Of a stretch of DNA of 64,000 nt, positions 11,791 to 24,500 are shown in pieces; position 1 is the first letter of the stretch; each line of letters begins with the position of its first letter. This DNA comes from Mobula birostris (taxonomy: Eukaryota), in contig NC_092371.1 of assembly GCF_030028105.1 (NCBI RefSeq), forward strand, positions 21,814,439 through 21,878,438, given 5' to 3'. The position numbers and the translations under genes are program-made. The notes under the pieces are model-generated. The model had not been told where the DNA came from, made no database searches, and saw only the letters and a list, made by a program, of their open reading frames with translations.

Positions 11791-11968
11791 GGAATTCCCA
11801 CCCAATTCAGCCCTGCATGAAGGACCAGATTGTGGCCCTTCCCCACAGAACCTTTGTATTTGCTTCGCCAAGCTTGAGTGCTCAGTCCAGCCGATCTTAC
11901 AGTACATATTCCTGCAACCAGGAATGTGCCAGTCCTACCTGTGACCAGATCCCTCATCCTCTTGAAAG
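11791..11968 (+). CDS. Candidate internal coding exon (NSHPIQPCMKDQIVALPHRTFVFASPSLSAQSSRSYSTYSCNQECASPTCDQIPHPLE)
   Basis: Acceptor ccattccatgtttcag| and consensus donor AAG|GTAAGT. Only one of the three frames is open. Unique-looking sequence between repeats. Confidence 0.5.
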
Positions 11969-12229
11969 GTAAGTACTTCTACAAACATAGAGTCCTTCAT
12001 TCCTGGAATGTGGCCTTATTGCAGAGAGATGAAAGAGCTCTACAGTATGTGTTCTTACCTTCACTGAGCTATTAAAAATTTATAGAGAAATGGTTTCAAT
12101 TGATCTGAATAAAGACTAGGCTGCCAAACTTTACTGAGTTATTCTTGATTCAGGCAAGAAATCTTTGGAAGCAGGAAGCTTTAAAGTCTCTTCACAACCT
12201 TGGTCCTAGCATGTCAAAGTTTCTGTATC

Positions 12230-15200
12230 ATTAGGATCTGTTCTGGGGAAGGTATGATCTATACAAAAAAGGACAGGTTACACCTGAACCTGAGGAGGAC
12301 CAATATCTATTTGGGCAGGTTTGCTAGACTTGTTTGGGAGGATTTAAACTAACTTGGCGGGGGCTGGGGTGGAAACCAGAGTGATAGGGTTGAGAATGGA
12401 GCAGTTGGTATTCAAGTCAATGCATTGTATAGTGAGACACGCAGATGATAGGGCAATATTGCAGTCAGTGGAATGAGTTGAAGTGTAACATATGGCTAAA
12501 ATTGAAAAGGGTGATGAACAGAGGACTGAAGGTATTATATTTGAATGCACACAGTATATGGAATATAAGACAGATGATCTTATATCACAGTCAGAGACTG
12601 GCAGGTATAACTTTGTAGGTATTACAGAGTCATGGCTGAAAGATGATCATAGTGAGAGCTTAACATCCAAGGATACGCATCGTATTGAAAGGACAGGCAG
12701 GCAGAGACAGTGGGGTGGCTATGTTGTCACAAAAATAATTAAGTGAAAACCTTAGAAAGAGGATTAGCAAATGAGAATACTTGTAGGTAGAGTTAAGAAC
12801 TGCAGGAGTAAAAAGACCCTGGTGGGAGTGAAATACAGGCTTCTGAACAGTAGCCAAGATGTCAGACATAAATTACAATGGGAGATAGGAAAGTCATGTT
12901 AAAAGGGCAATGTTATGATAGTCATTGGGGATTTCAATGTGCAGGTAGATTGTGAAAATCAGGTCGGATCTAAAGAGAGGGAATTCGTAAAATGCCTACA
13001 AGCTGGCTTTTTAGAGCAGCTTCTGGTTGAGCCCACTGGGGGATAAGCAATTCTGGTTTATGTGTTGTGCAATGAACCAGATGTGGTTAGGGTAAACAAA
13101 CCCTGAGGAGGCAGTGATACTATGTTAAAATTCATCCTGCAGTTTGAGAGGGAAAAGATAATGTCAGAAATATCAATATTACAGCAGAGTAAAGGGAATT
13201 GCAGAGGCATGAGAGAGGAGCTGGCCAAAGTTGATTGGAAGCGAACACTATTAGGGTTAAATTTCTGGGGGCATTCGGAAGGCACAGGATAGTTACATTT
13301 CAAAGATGAAGAAGTATTCTGAAGGGAGGATGTGGTGACCGTGGCTGACAAGGGAAGTTGAAGGCATATATAACAAGAGAGGACATATAATATAACAAAA
13401 ATTAATGGGAAGTTAGAGGATTAGGAAGCATTTAAAAACCAACGGAAGGCAATTAAAAAGACATAAGGAGAGAAAAGATAAACTATGAAGGTAAACTAGC
13501 CAAGAATATAAAAGAGTATACCTAAAGTTTATTCAGATATATGAAGAGTAAAAGAGAGGCAAGAGTGAATATCAGACCGCGGGAAAATGATGCTAGAGGG
13601 GTAGAGTATGCCGAAAATTCAAGAATGTAAGAGGCAAAAGTGAGTATAATCACTAATATGAAGGGAGAGGTCTTGGGAAGCTGAAAGCTAGATATCTACC
13701 TTCAGACTACACCCCAGGACCAGATGGACTACACCCCAAAAATCTGAAAGAGGTATCTGAAGAGATTGTGGAGGCGTTAGTAGTGATTTTTCGAGAATCA
13801 TTACATTCTGGAATTGTCCCAGAAGCCCGGAAGCTTGCGAATTTCACTCCACTCTTTAAGAAGGGAGGGAGGCAGAAGAAAAGAAATTATAGGCCAGTTA
13901 GCCCGACTTTACTGGTTAGAAAGATGTTGGTGTCTATTATTAAGGATGAGTTCTCAGGATGGTTGGAAGCACATGATAAATACGTCAAATTCAGCAGTGT
14001 TTCCTTAAGGGAAATTTTGCCTCACAAAATCTGTTGGAATTCTTTGAGGGAATAAAAAGCAGGATAGACAAAGGAGGGACAGTGGATGTTGTTTACTTGG
14101 ATTTTCAGTAGGTTTTGATAAGGTGGCATACATGAGACTACGAAGCAGGTTAAGTGCCCATGGTATTACAGGAAAGCTTCTGGCATGGATAAAGCAGTAG
14201 CTAATTGGCAGGAGACAAAGATTGGGAATAAAAGGGTCTTGAAGAGTGTGCAGTTACCACAACTAAAGAGAAGGTTCTTGGAAAACTGAAAGGTCTGAAG
14301 ATAAATAAGTCACCTGGACCAGATGGTCTACAGGGTACTGAAAGAGATGGGTGAAGAGATTCTGGAAGCATTAGAAATGAACATTCAAGAATCATTAGTA
14401 CTGGAATGGTTCTCGAAGACTGGACAATTGCAAATGTCACGCCACTCTTCAAGAAGGGAGAGAGGCCAAAGAATGGAAATTATAGGCCATTTAGTCTGAC
14501 TTCAGTGTTTGGGAAGATGTTGGAGTCAATTGTTAAGGATGTGGTTTTGGGTACTTGGAGGCACATGATAAAATAGGCTGTAGGCAGCATGTTTTCCTCA
14601 AGGGAAAATCTTGCCTGGCATATCTGTTGGAATTTTTTGAAGAAATAACAAATGGGATAGGCAAAGAAAAATTGGTGGATGTTGTGTACTTAGATTTTTA
14701 GAAGGCCTTTGACAAGGTGCCACACACGAGGCTGCTTAAAAGGTTAAGATCCCATAGTATTATAGGAAAGATATTAGCAATGTGTAGAAAATTGACTGAC
14801 TGGCAGGAGGCAGACTGTGAATATAGGGGGCTTATACAGGTTGGTTGCCAGTAAGTAGTGGTGTTCCACACGGTTTAGTATTGAGACCACATTTTCACAT
14901 TATATGTCAACAGTTTTGATGGAATTGATGGCTTTGTGGCCAAGTCTGCAGAAGATACAAAGATAGGTGAAGGGGTAAGTAGTGTTGAGGAAGCAGAGAG
15001 TCTGCAGAGGGACTTAGACAGATTGGGAGAATGGCCAAAGAAGAGGCAGATGGAATACAAAGTAGGGAAGTGGACTGTCATGCACTTTGGTAGAAGCAAT
15101 AAAGGCATAGACTATTTTCAAAACAAGGAGAAAATTCAAAAAACCAGAGCTGCAAAGAGACCTGGGAATCATTGTGCAGTATTCTCTGAAGGTTAACTTG

Positions 15201-15846
15201 CAGGTTGAGTCACTGGTAAGGAAAGCAAATGCAATTCCTTTTGAGAGGACTAGAATATAAGAGCAAAGCTGTAATGTTGAGGATTTATAAAGCATTGGTC
15301 AGACTGCACTTTAATTATTGACAGCAGTTTTGGGCCCCTTATCTCAGAAAGATGTGCTGACATTGGAGAGGGTCCAGAGATGTTCATGAGTATGACTCTG
15401 GGAATGTAAGGGTTGAGGTATGAGGAACGTTTGATGGCTCTGGGCCTGTACTCACTGGAGTTTAGAATAATGAGGAGACATCTCATTGAAACTTTGAATA
15501 TTAGAAGACCTAAGTGGAGTGGATGTGGTGTGTTAACTTAGGACCATAGGGCACAGCCTCAGAATAGGTAGAAATCCATTTAGAACAGGGATGAGGAGGA
15601 ATTTCTTTAGCCAGATAGAGATGAATCTGTGAAATCCATTGCCACAGATGGTTGTGGAGATCAAGTCATTCAGTATATTTAAAGTGGAAAATAAAAGGTT
15701 CTTAATTAGTCAGGATGTTGAGGGTTATGGGAAGAAGGCAGGAGAATTAGGTTGGGAGGGATAATAAATCAGCTATGATTTATTATGGGCTGAATGGCCT
15801 AATTCTGCTGCTATGTTTTATGGTCTTTTGGTCTTATGGTCTTATG
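12230..15846 (+). mobile_element. Degenerate CR1 LINE (end of ORF1, APE, RT), composite of two overlapping pieces
   Basis: APE motifs (GITESWLK, GDFN), FKKGGRQKKRNYRPVS, YLDF.KAFDKVPH, SAEDTKIG. Tail (tatggtct)n at ~15819-15846. Confidence 0.9.
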
Positions 15847-16464
15847 AACCAAATTCCAGCAATGAGCTGAGAGTGATGGCCCTTAACATCAAGGCAACAG
15901 TTGGCAAATTGTGGCACTCACACAAAGGAAGATAGTTGCGGTTGTTGGAGTTCATCATCCCAGCCTCAGGACATCACTTCTGAAGCTCCTCATGCTCATC
16001 CGTGTTCGAGTGCTTCATCAGTGTCCTTCCTTACATCACAAGGTCAGAGGAGCTGGGCATGTTCATTGATGAATGCACAAGGTTCAATTCCATTCACACC
16101 TCCACAGCAAATGAAGCAACACACGCTTGTGTGCAGCGAGACCTGGACAATATTCAGGAATGAGCTGATAAATGGCAGATATCCAAATCTAGAGGGCACA
16201 GAAACTCGATGAGAGCGAAGAGATTTAGAAGAGGCTTGAAGGATAACTTCTTTATTCAGATGGTAGTGAGTACCTGAAGTGTGCTTCCAAATGCAGTAGT
16301 GAAAGCAGGTACGTTTAACAGTCATTCAGATAAGTACATGGATGGGAAGGGCTTCGAGGGTCGATATGGGCAAATGGGACTATCAGAGAAGATACTGTAG
16401 TCAGCATGGACCAGTTGGGCCGAAGGGCCTCTTTCTGTGCTATGTTACCTGATGACTCTATAAT

Positions 16465-16800
16465 TCAAAGGTTCAAAGTTTCAAAGGTACAATTTAATGT
16501 CAGAGAAATGTATACAGTATACATTCTGAAATGCTTTTTCTTCGCAACCATCCGTGGAAACAGAGGAGTGGCCCAAAGAATGAACGGCAGTTAAATGTTA
16601 GAACCCCAAAGTCCCCCACCGCTTCCCCCTCCAGCGCGTAAGTGGCAGCGAGCAACAATCCTCCCTCTCCCCACCTGCAAAAAAAAGCATCGGCACTGCC
16701 ACCGAGCAGTCAAGCACGATCAAAGCAATAGCAAGCACACAGTCTTGCAGTTACCCCAAAGTTTTCGCATTTCATCTGGTATTCGACATACTGCAGGTTC
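16465..16800 (-). mobile_element. 3' fragment of non-autonomous family B
   Basis: Collinear with 9553-9880 (aaaggtacaa.ttaatgtcagagaaatgta...ttgcagttaccccaaag). Confidence 0.75.
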
Positions 16801-16809
16801 ACAGCAGAA

Positions 16810-19085
16810 ATGACAGGCAATGGATATAGCATATGGATCAGCAGCTAGGTCCCTTATAAGGAAACTGGATGTGATTCAGGCTCAGGCTTTGAGAGTGTGC
16901 AGCGGGGCTTTTAAGTCATCACCAGTATCAGCCCTACAGGTAGAAATGGGAGTAATGCCTTTGGAACTAAGAAGGATGCAATTGATGGCAAACTACTGGG
17001 TTAATTTGCAGGGACACAATGTTTCTCACCCTGCAAAAGGAGTGTTGCAGGAGTGCTGGGAAAACGGGAAGTTTCAGAGGGATAACTTTAGACGGGTAGG
17101 GAATGATATTGCTAAAAAATGTAAACAAGAGGAATCCTGCAGATGCTGGAAATTCAAGCAACACACATCAAAGTTGCTGGTGAACACAGCAGGCCAGGCA
17201 GCGTCTCTAGGAAGAAGTACAGTCGATGTTTCAGGCCGAGACCCTTTGTCAGGACTAACTGAAGGAAGAGTTAGCAAGAGATTTGAAAGTGGGAGGGGAA
17301 GGGGGAGGTCCAAAATGATAGGAGAAGAGAGGAGGGGGAAGGATGGAGCCAAGAGCTGGACAAGTGATTGGCAAAGGGGATATGAGAGGATATTGGGACA
17401 GGAGGCCCAGGGAGAAGGAAAAAGGTGGGGGGGGGGAACCCAGAGGATGGGCAAGGGGTATAGTCAGAAGGACAAAGGGAGAAAAAGAAGAGAGAGAGAA
17501 AGAATGTGTGTATAAAAATAAATAACGGATGGGGTACAAGGGGGAGGTGGGGCATTAGCGGAAGTTAGAGAAGTCAATGTTCATGCCATCAGGTTGGAGG
17601 CTACCCAGACGGAATATAAGGTGTTGTTCCTCCAACTTGAGTGTGGCTTCATCTTTACAGTAGAGGAGGCCATGGATAGACATGTCAGAATGGGAATGGG
17701 ATGTGGAATTAAAATGTGTGGCCACTGGGAGATCCTGCTTTCTCTGGCGGACAGAGCATAGGTGTTCAGCAAAACAGTCTCCCAGTCTGTGTCGGGTCTC
17801 GCCAATATATAGAAGGCCACATTGGGAGCACCGGATGCAGTACTGAAGAATGTGGAGTGTTTGATCTAAGGATAAGTCCTTCAGTAGTTTATCCGGTTGT
17901 AGCTCCATGGAAGCTTGTATGGCCTGACATAGACTGGCATTGGTTAGAGGTAAAAAGGAAAGGAAAATATAAAATTGATTTAGTAAGTGCATTTAACTGT
18001 CATGTGATGGAAAAGTATAGTGATTATACTCAGATTTATACGGATGGTGCTAAGGAACCTGAAACAGGAGTGACAGGGTTTGGGGTGGCTATACGAGCAA
18101 AAGAAATTGGAATCAGCAGAAGGACATCTAATTAGTTAGGGGTGTATACAGTGGAGATGCTGGCAGTGTTGGTTGTGTTGCGATGGGTGGAGAAAGCTAG
18201 ACAAGTCAAAGTGTTGATATGCTCAGATTCATCCTCAGTTCTAGCAAGTTTAAGGTCTTTTCACTCAAACAGTCGGCAAGATGTACTTTATGAAGTCCTT
18301 CCGTCAGTCACAAGAATTGCAAATCAGGGAGGTCAGGTAAAATTTCTATGGGTTCCAGCACATGTAGGGGTGAAGGGGAATGACAGGGTGGATGAGTTGG
18401 CAAAGAGGGCGTTAAAGAAAGAAAATATAGAAATGCACATTAGTATCAGTAAAGCAGAGGTTAAGTGTGTAATCTGGGAAAAAATCAACCAAATGTGGCA
18501 AGAAAGGTGGGACAGGGAGGGGTAAGGGGGGTATTTATATCAAATACAAAAAAGTGTTGCCGGTATTAGGGTAGGTAGTGGATACAGAATAGTGGAAACT
18601 GTGTGGACTAGGTTAAGGCTGGGGCACTGTATGTAAAACAAAACATTGAAAATGATAGGGAAACACCAGACAGGATTGTGTGAGGAATGTCAGGAAGAGG
18701 AGTCAGTAGAACATGTAGTTCTGAGTTGCAGGAAGTATGGGATACAGAGAGAGATGATGAGAATTAATCTAAGGGAAATGGGGGTGCAGGAATTCACATT
18801 AAAACGGTTGCTGGGCATGGGTGAGAGAGCACAGTTCAGCGTATTTTTAGCTTTCTTAAGGGGTACAGGGGTTTTTTATAGGATATGATGGATAAGCGGG
18901 AATAGAGTACTAGGATGGCCAAAGATGGGAGGATAAAGTGTAGGTTAGGGTATGTGTGTGTATGTAATTGGGTGAAGGGATTTAGAATGTAAGTTTATTG
19001 CACACTCTGGAGCAGAAGGAGATGGTAATGCACCATTAAGCTGAGTGCCAACCGCTGTAAAACAAGACGGAGAAGAATAAGAAGA
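16810..19085 (+). mobile_element. I-group (Nimb-like) LINE 3' half: RT C-terminus, RNase H and CCHC knuckle
   Basis: IQAQALRVCSGAFKSSPVSALQVE. RNase H motifs IYTDGAK, VEMLAV, SDSSS and WVPAHVGVKGNDRVDELAK. CEECQEEESVEHVVLSC. (gaa)n-like tail near 19070-19085. Confidence 0.85.
17123..17842 (-). mobile_element. 5'-truncated Penelope-like element (GIY-YIG plus 3' repeat) inserted in the Nimb LINE
   Basis: YCIRCSQCGLLYIGETRHRLGDCFAEH. Degenerate TSD ctaaaaaatgt (17112-17122) / ctgaagaatgt (17843-17853). Hammerhead with a mutated core (CTGACAA) at 17221-17256. Confidence 0.9.
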
Positions 19086-19239
19086 CAGGCAATGGCCATC
19101 TAAGATGAGAGAGTCTAATAACATTCCCTTGATATTCAATGGAATAGTCATTGCTGATTAATCCACCAGACTTGGATAAGGATTCAAATAGACTAAGTAC
19201 TTAATGACTTACAAGAGCAGATCAGAGACTGGGTATAAC

Positions 19240-19570
19240 ACTATAAAACCATAAGATCTGGGGAGCAGAATCAATTCTGCTCCACAATTTCATCAAGACT
19301 GATCCACTTCCCTCTCAGACCAATTCTCCTGCCTTCTGCCTCTAACCTTTCACACTCTATAAATCAAGAACCTATCAACATATGCATTAAATACTCCCAT
19401 TAACCTGGCCATCCATGGTAATGAATTCCAGAGAATCACCACCCTCTGACTATTGGAAATTCCTTCTCATCTGCTTTCTAAATGTACATTCCTCTACTCT
19501 GAGGCTGTGCCCTCTAGTCCTAGACTCCCCGACTATAGGAAACACCTTCTTGACATCCATTCTATCTAGG
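19240..19570 (-). mobile_element. CR1 3' end fragment
   Basis: Reverse complement matches the CR1 3' UTR/tail seen elsewhere (gggagtctaggactagagggcacagcctcag...cttatggttttatag). Confidence 0.7.
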
Positions 19571-21068
19571 ACTTCAACATTTGTATTCTGTCATGAATCA
19601 CTATTTTTGGACACCCCAAGACCTATACATCTACAAGGCACAATCAGGAGTATGATAGGATATCTTCCACTAGCCTAAATGTGTGCAACTCTACCAGTTG
19701 TGAAGAAATTGACAGTACTCTTGAGGTACTCCACCAATCTCTCTGAACATTACCTGAGTCCAGCACAGGCACAGAGCTCCTGCAGTGCATAAACTCTGAA
19801 CACTACACTGCAGTTATAACCTGGCTATTGCAGCAGCACCCCCTGGTCAGGAAGGACAAGGACTTTAGTTGCTTGGAAACACTGCCACCTACTGGTCACC
19901 CTCCAAGTTGCATAGCATCCACACTTGGAAGTTTATTGCCAGTCCTTCATTTCACTGGGACTAAATCCTCGAATCGCCTCTCCAACAGCACAAGAAGGTG
20001 ACTCACTGCTACTTTTTCAAGGTCAATAGGAATGAGTTACAGATGTTGGCTTCATCGGTGATGAGCGGATGCTAAAAAGTTATTGAATTAAAAAGGGAAG
20101 TCTTGCAGAATGCAACACTCCCATCAGTACAGAAGTGAGATAGATGGACTGGTTGAAGAGTGTCACAACAGAGTGCATTCATCATCAGCAAGATCAATGA
20201 ACTGACTGCGGACTTCAGAAACGGGAAGTCAGAAGAACACACAGTAGTCGTCTTTGAAGTTTCAGTGAAAGAAAGGGTGCACAGAAGCTCCTTTACCTAT
20301 GCAATTAGGTAAAGTTGTTAATTTAAACCTATATCCTGTGATTAAGTATCCTTTACAAATTTGGCTCCAGTTCCGCAATTTTTTTAATCTTAAAAAATTT
20401 AAACGTTGTAGTTTAATTTATCGAAATTACTTTTTTAAGCCTTCTTTGAGAGATCCAATTTTTTTACTTTGGAAAAATAAAGGTATTAATTCTTTTTTGG
20501 ATTTATTTAAAGAAGATAGATTGATGTCCTTTGAACAATTAATTGATAAATATTCTCTTTCATACTCACACTTTCTGCAATACCTTCAAGTTAGATATTT
20601 TTTACAAAAATATTTAAGTAATTTCCCTTACATATTGGAGGCTGACCTGTTAGATACTATTATGAGTATGAATCCTTTGATTAAGGGTTCTATTGGAAGA
20701 ATTTATAATTTACTATTACAATGGGATAAGCGTCCTTTATCTAAGATGAAACAGGATTGGGAAAGGGAACTTAATTTGACTTTTATGACGGAGGATTGGA
20801 TGCGGATATTGAAGTTGGTTAACTCTTCTTCAATTTGTGCTAGCCATTCATTGATTCAATTTAAAATTGTACATTGTTATCATTTGACAAAGGAGAGAGT
20901 TTCTAAAATTTTTCCTAATGTTGATAGTCATTGTGATAGATGTAACACTGAGATAGCTACACTGACACATATGTTTTGGTCTTGTTCTATATTGGAACAG
21001 TTCTGGAAGTTGGTTTTCTCAGCAATTTCTAAAGCACTTAAAACTAATTTACAACCTAATAAATTAAC

Positions 21069-21527
21069 CGCAAACAACAGGAATTCTGCAGATGCTGTAA
21101 ATTCAAGCAACACACATCAAAGTTGCTGGTGAACGCAGCAGGCCAGGCAGCATCTCTAGGAAGAGGTGCAGTCGATGTTTCAGGCCGAGACCCTTCGTCA
21201 GCTCTAACTGAAGGAAGAGTGAGTAAGGGATTTGAAAGATGGAGGGGGAGGGGGAGATCCAAAATGATAGGAGAAGACAGGAGGGGGAGAGATGGAGCCA
21301 AGAGCTGGACAGGCGATTGGCAAAAGAGGATACGAGAGGATCATGGGACAGGAGGTCCGGGAAGAAAGACAAGGGGGGGGACCCAGAGGATGGGCAAGAG
21401 GTATATTCAGAGGGACAGAGGGAGAAAAAGGTCCTGACGAAGGGTGTCGGCCTGAAACGTCGACTGCACCTCTTCCTAGAGATGCTGCCTGGCCTGCTGC
21501 GTTCACCAGCAACTTTGATGTGTGTTG
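21069..21527. mobile_element. Penelope-like inverted-repeat insertion with two hammerhead motifs
   Basis: 13-bp TSD ctaataaattaac (21056-21068 / 21528-21540). Minus arm 21069-21430, plus arm 21430-21527. The L1 peptide NKLT is duplicated on both sides. Confidence 0.92.
21430..21465 (+). ncRNA. Minimal hammerhead ribozyme motif with intact core
   Basis: ggtc CTGACGA a gggt gtcg gcct GAAACGTC gact. Partner on the minus strand at 21170-21205. Confidence 0.75.
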
Positions 21528-24500
21528 CTAATAAATTAACTGTGCTTTTTGGAATAGTTCCTCAAAATATTCATGGTATTTCTGTGTCTGACCAACATGT
21601 TATTGCATTTGTTACATTGATAGCTAGGTGGGCCATTTTGTTGAAGTGGAAGGATACATCAGCTCCCACTTTGTCACAATGGTTCTCTCAAGTGATGCTA
21701 TGTCTTAGTTTGGAGAAAATTAGAAGTCGAACCTTTGAACCTTTATTTGATTTTGAGAAAAGATGGGGCTCATTTGCTCGTTATTATCATTTGTGTTAAT
21801 TGATATAATTTTTCCACAATCTAATTGTAAATTTTTTTTAGTATATTTTCTTTTCTTGCTGGCGGTTTGATGTTTATTTTTAGAAGCTTTTTGTATGACG
21901 CATGGCTCCGGGGTTGTACACCTAATGGGTTCTCCTTTTTTTTTCTCACTTTTCTGCTCAGTAGGTTTTTTTTGTTATCACGAAATTTTGTTTTCAATCT
22001 TTAAGATGATGGGTTTTTTTTGAGGCATTGTAAGTGTTGTTACTTCAATGTACTCATGTTATTTTTCCTATATATACAATAAAAAGATTTGAAAAGAAAG
22101 AAAAAAAGGGTGCACAGCTTCAAGTTCCAAGGTGTAAGCATCTTGGAAGTTCTATCCTGAGCCCAGCTCATTGATGCATTCACATAGAAGACATACTAGT
22201 TCCTCTACTTTGTTGAGAGCTTGAGGAGATTTGATATATTACCAAAGGCTCATACAAATTTCTAAATACGTGCAGTGGATAACATTCTAACTGATTGCAT
22301 CGCAGCCTGGTATGAAAGCTTCAATGCACAGGATCACAAGAGTCTGGGAAATGAACTCAGCCAGTTCCATCACTAGCACAACCTTCCCCACCATCGATGA
22401 CATCTTCAAGAGGCAATGACTCAAGATGACAGCATGCATCTCTAAGGACCCTCACCACCAAGATGTGCTCTCTTCTCATTACTACCATCAGAGAGAAGAT
22501 ACAGGAGATAGAAGACCCACACTCAATGATTCAGGAACAGCTTCTTCCTCTCAGCCATCAGATTTCTGAATGGTCCATAAACCCATGACACTACCACATT
22601 ATTCCTTTTCTCCCCCCACCATTTATTTAGTTTCTAATTTATAATAATTTCATATCTTTGTATTGCATTTCTACTGCCAAACAACAAATTTTATGCCATC
22701 TTAAGTTAGTGATAATATATGAGATTCTGATTATGGTTCTACACTACAGTGTCAGCTGAGATTCTGAGCTGAGATTTATATGTTTAGACTCAAACTTATA
22801 AATTGTTGACCCAGTGAAGTAAGTTCTGGCAGCTGACTTTAGACCAACATAACCATCTCTGCATTGTAGGATTGCCACCTAGAAAGTCATGGAGAGGAAA
22901 TTTAAACTGCAAGAATAAAAGGTAAAGAAAATGTAACTAAACTTTGGAAGGAATTTTGTCTGCAGGAGATGGGATCAGTCTCTTTCCTGATGGTAAATGA
23001 AGAGCAAGGTGGCCACCGGCCCGTGAGGCAGACATAAAGACAGCAGCTGAAGCTGTCACATCCATCTTGTTACAGCTCACCTCACTTGCTGCCAATTAAC
23101 CAATGACACAGTCATTATTTTTCTAACTAATTGGAGTTGCTCATAGAAGCAAGATTTTACACCCTTGGCAAGGCCTGTGGGAGAAGCATATTTGGAGGAC
23201 ATAAGTTTTCCACCTCACTACCGCACTACTATCTGTCACTGTAAAATAGCCACATGAATCTAAGCCAAACAGAGCTGTGAACAGGTTGGTAGATACCTTC
23301 ACCAGAACCCTGATATACAATGTCATATGCCAGCTAAGCATGGAGACTTCACTGATGAATCTTGCACTGTGTACACATTTTCCACTTTGTACTTAAAATG
23401 GACTTTTTTGTTCTAATTATATTTTCTTGCAAAACCTGTGTAGAATTTATGTTTAATTTACTTATCTGATTCGATGTGCCTTCGATGCTGCTGCAAGTAG
23501 GTTTTCCATTACACCTGTGTGTGCATGTATTTGAACTTGTAACGATACACTTGACTTTGACTTTGACTGAAGCTTCCCCTGACAACGTTTTCTTTCAAGG
23601 AAATAGGGGGGTAGATTCAACAGCTGTTTCCCATATTAGATTTTGCATTTCCTGGGCATTTCTATTTCATTTGTGGTGTGTGCCTATACCGTAACAAAAA
23701 ACAGCCTTCGGTGTTTTTTTTCCAAATAATCTTGAGAGCAACCTGGACACCCAGCAGGAGCTGTGAGGGAACTCTTTTATCCAAAGCCAGTAAAGCTGGT
23801 GAAGCAGCAGCTCATGCTGGCATGGGTCAGCACAGCCTTTTAGGATCATTTCTTTTTATTCTGCTTCTCCAAAACTGCTATTGGGAGAGTCCATAAATCC
23901 ACTCTGGGAAGATGGCCAGTTACCAGCAGAAGATGCCAACTTTCTACTGAGGTGACCTGTTTTACAATGTGAATTAGCGCTCAAATAGAAAAGCAAACGT
24001 TAGCTATAGATTTGCATGTTCACACTGAGTCTCAGAGGTTTGTGAATTCACCTGCCACCTACACCATGCCAGCATCCAATCTAGGTCAAGGTGCCAGTGA
24101 AACCTCAGTTGTATTCTTTCTGAAATTAGATTTCTCAAAGGGGGTACAGAAGTGAGTGAGCTTTGCATCATTCTAGCTAATGTTCATTACTCAGTCAACA
24201 TCCAAAAGAAGATTAATGGATCGCAAGTCGAAATTCTGTTTGTGCAAAATCCCGCAGTCTTCTTTCCCACAATACAGCAGCAAAAACGGAAGATGGGATG
24301 ATCTTCGGGAAGTGCTGCTGAATTGAAGGTTGGTGTGCATGTGTGAGTTGCTTTTTCCTTTCAGTGATCAATAATAACAAGGTCTCAAAAGATAACTTTG
24401 AGATCCAAAGACATGGGTGGAGTACGTAAATAGATAAGAGATAGAATTTTAAAGCAATAGGAAGTTTTTGCAGAGCTCTCCAGAGGTCACATACTTTGAA

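Larger units (their letters stand above)
20285..22104 (+). mobile_element. 5'-truncated L1/Tx1-clade LINE (ORF2 C-terminus)
   Basis: IQFKIVH..HLTKERV, CDRCNTEIATLTHMFWSC zinc knuckle and ILLKWK. AATAAA plus A-rich tail. 13-bp TSD aaagggtgcacag (20272-20284 / 22105-22117). Confidence 0.9.
20150..22735 (+). mobile_element. Degenerate Rex1/Babar-like LINE hosting the L1 insertion
   Basis: RT C-terminal blocks (gaactgactgcggacttcagaa; ttgaggagatttg; gcctggtatg; aggaacagcttcttcc) rejoin across the 20285-22104 insertion. Confidence 0.7.

Noticed and set aside
16820-17515. 231-aa ORF as a novel fusion protein
   Set aside because: It is a Nimb ORF2 fragment reading into the antisense Penelope-like insertion. 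Nothing suggests function.
21103-21799. Recurrent short ORFs (MLVNAAGQAASLGRG..., ...SPDEGSRPETST...) that look like a small protein family
   Set aside because: They are incidental translations of the non-coding Penelope-like terminal repeat on both strands.
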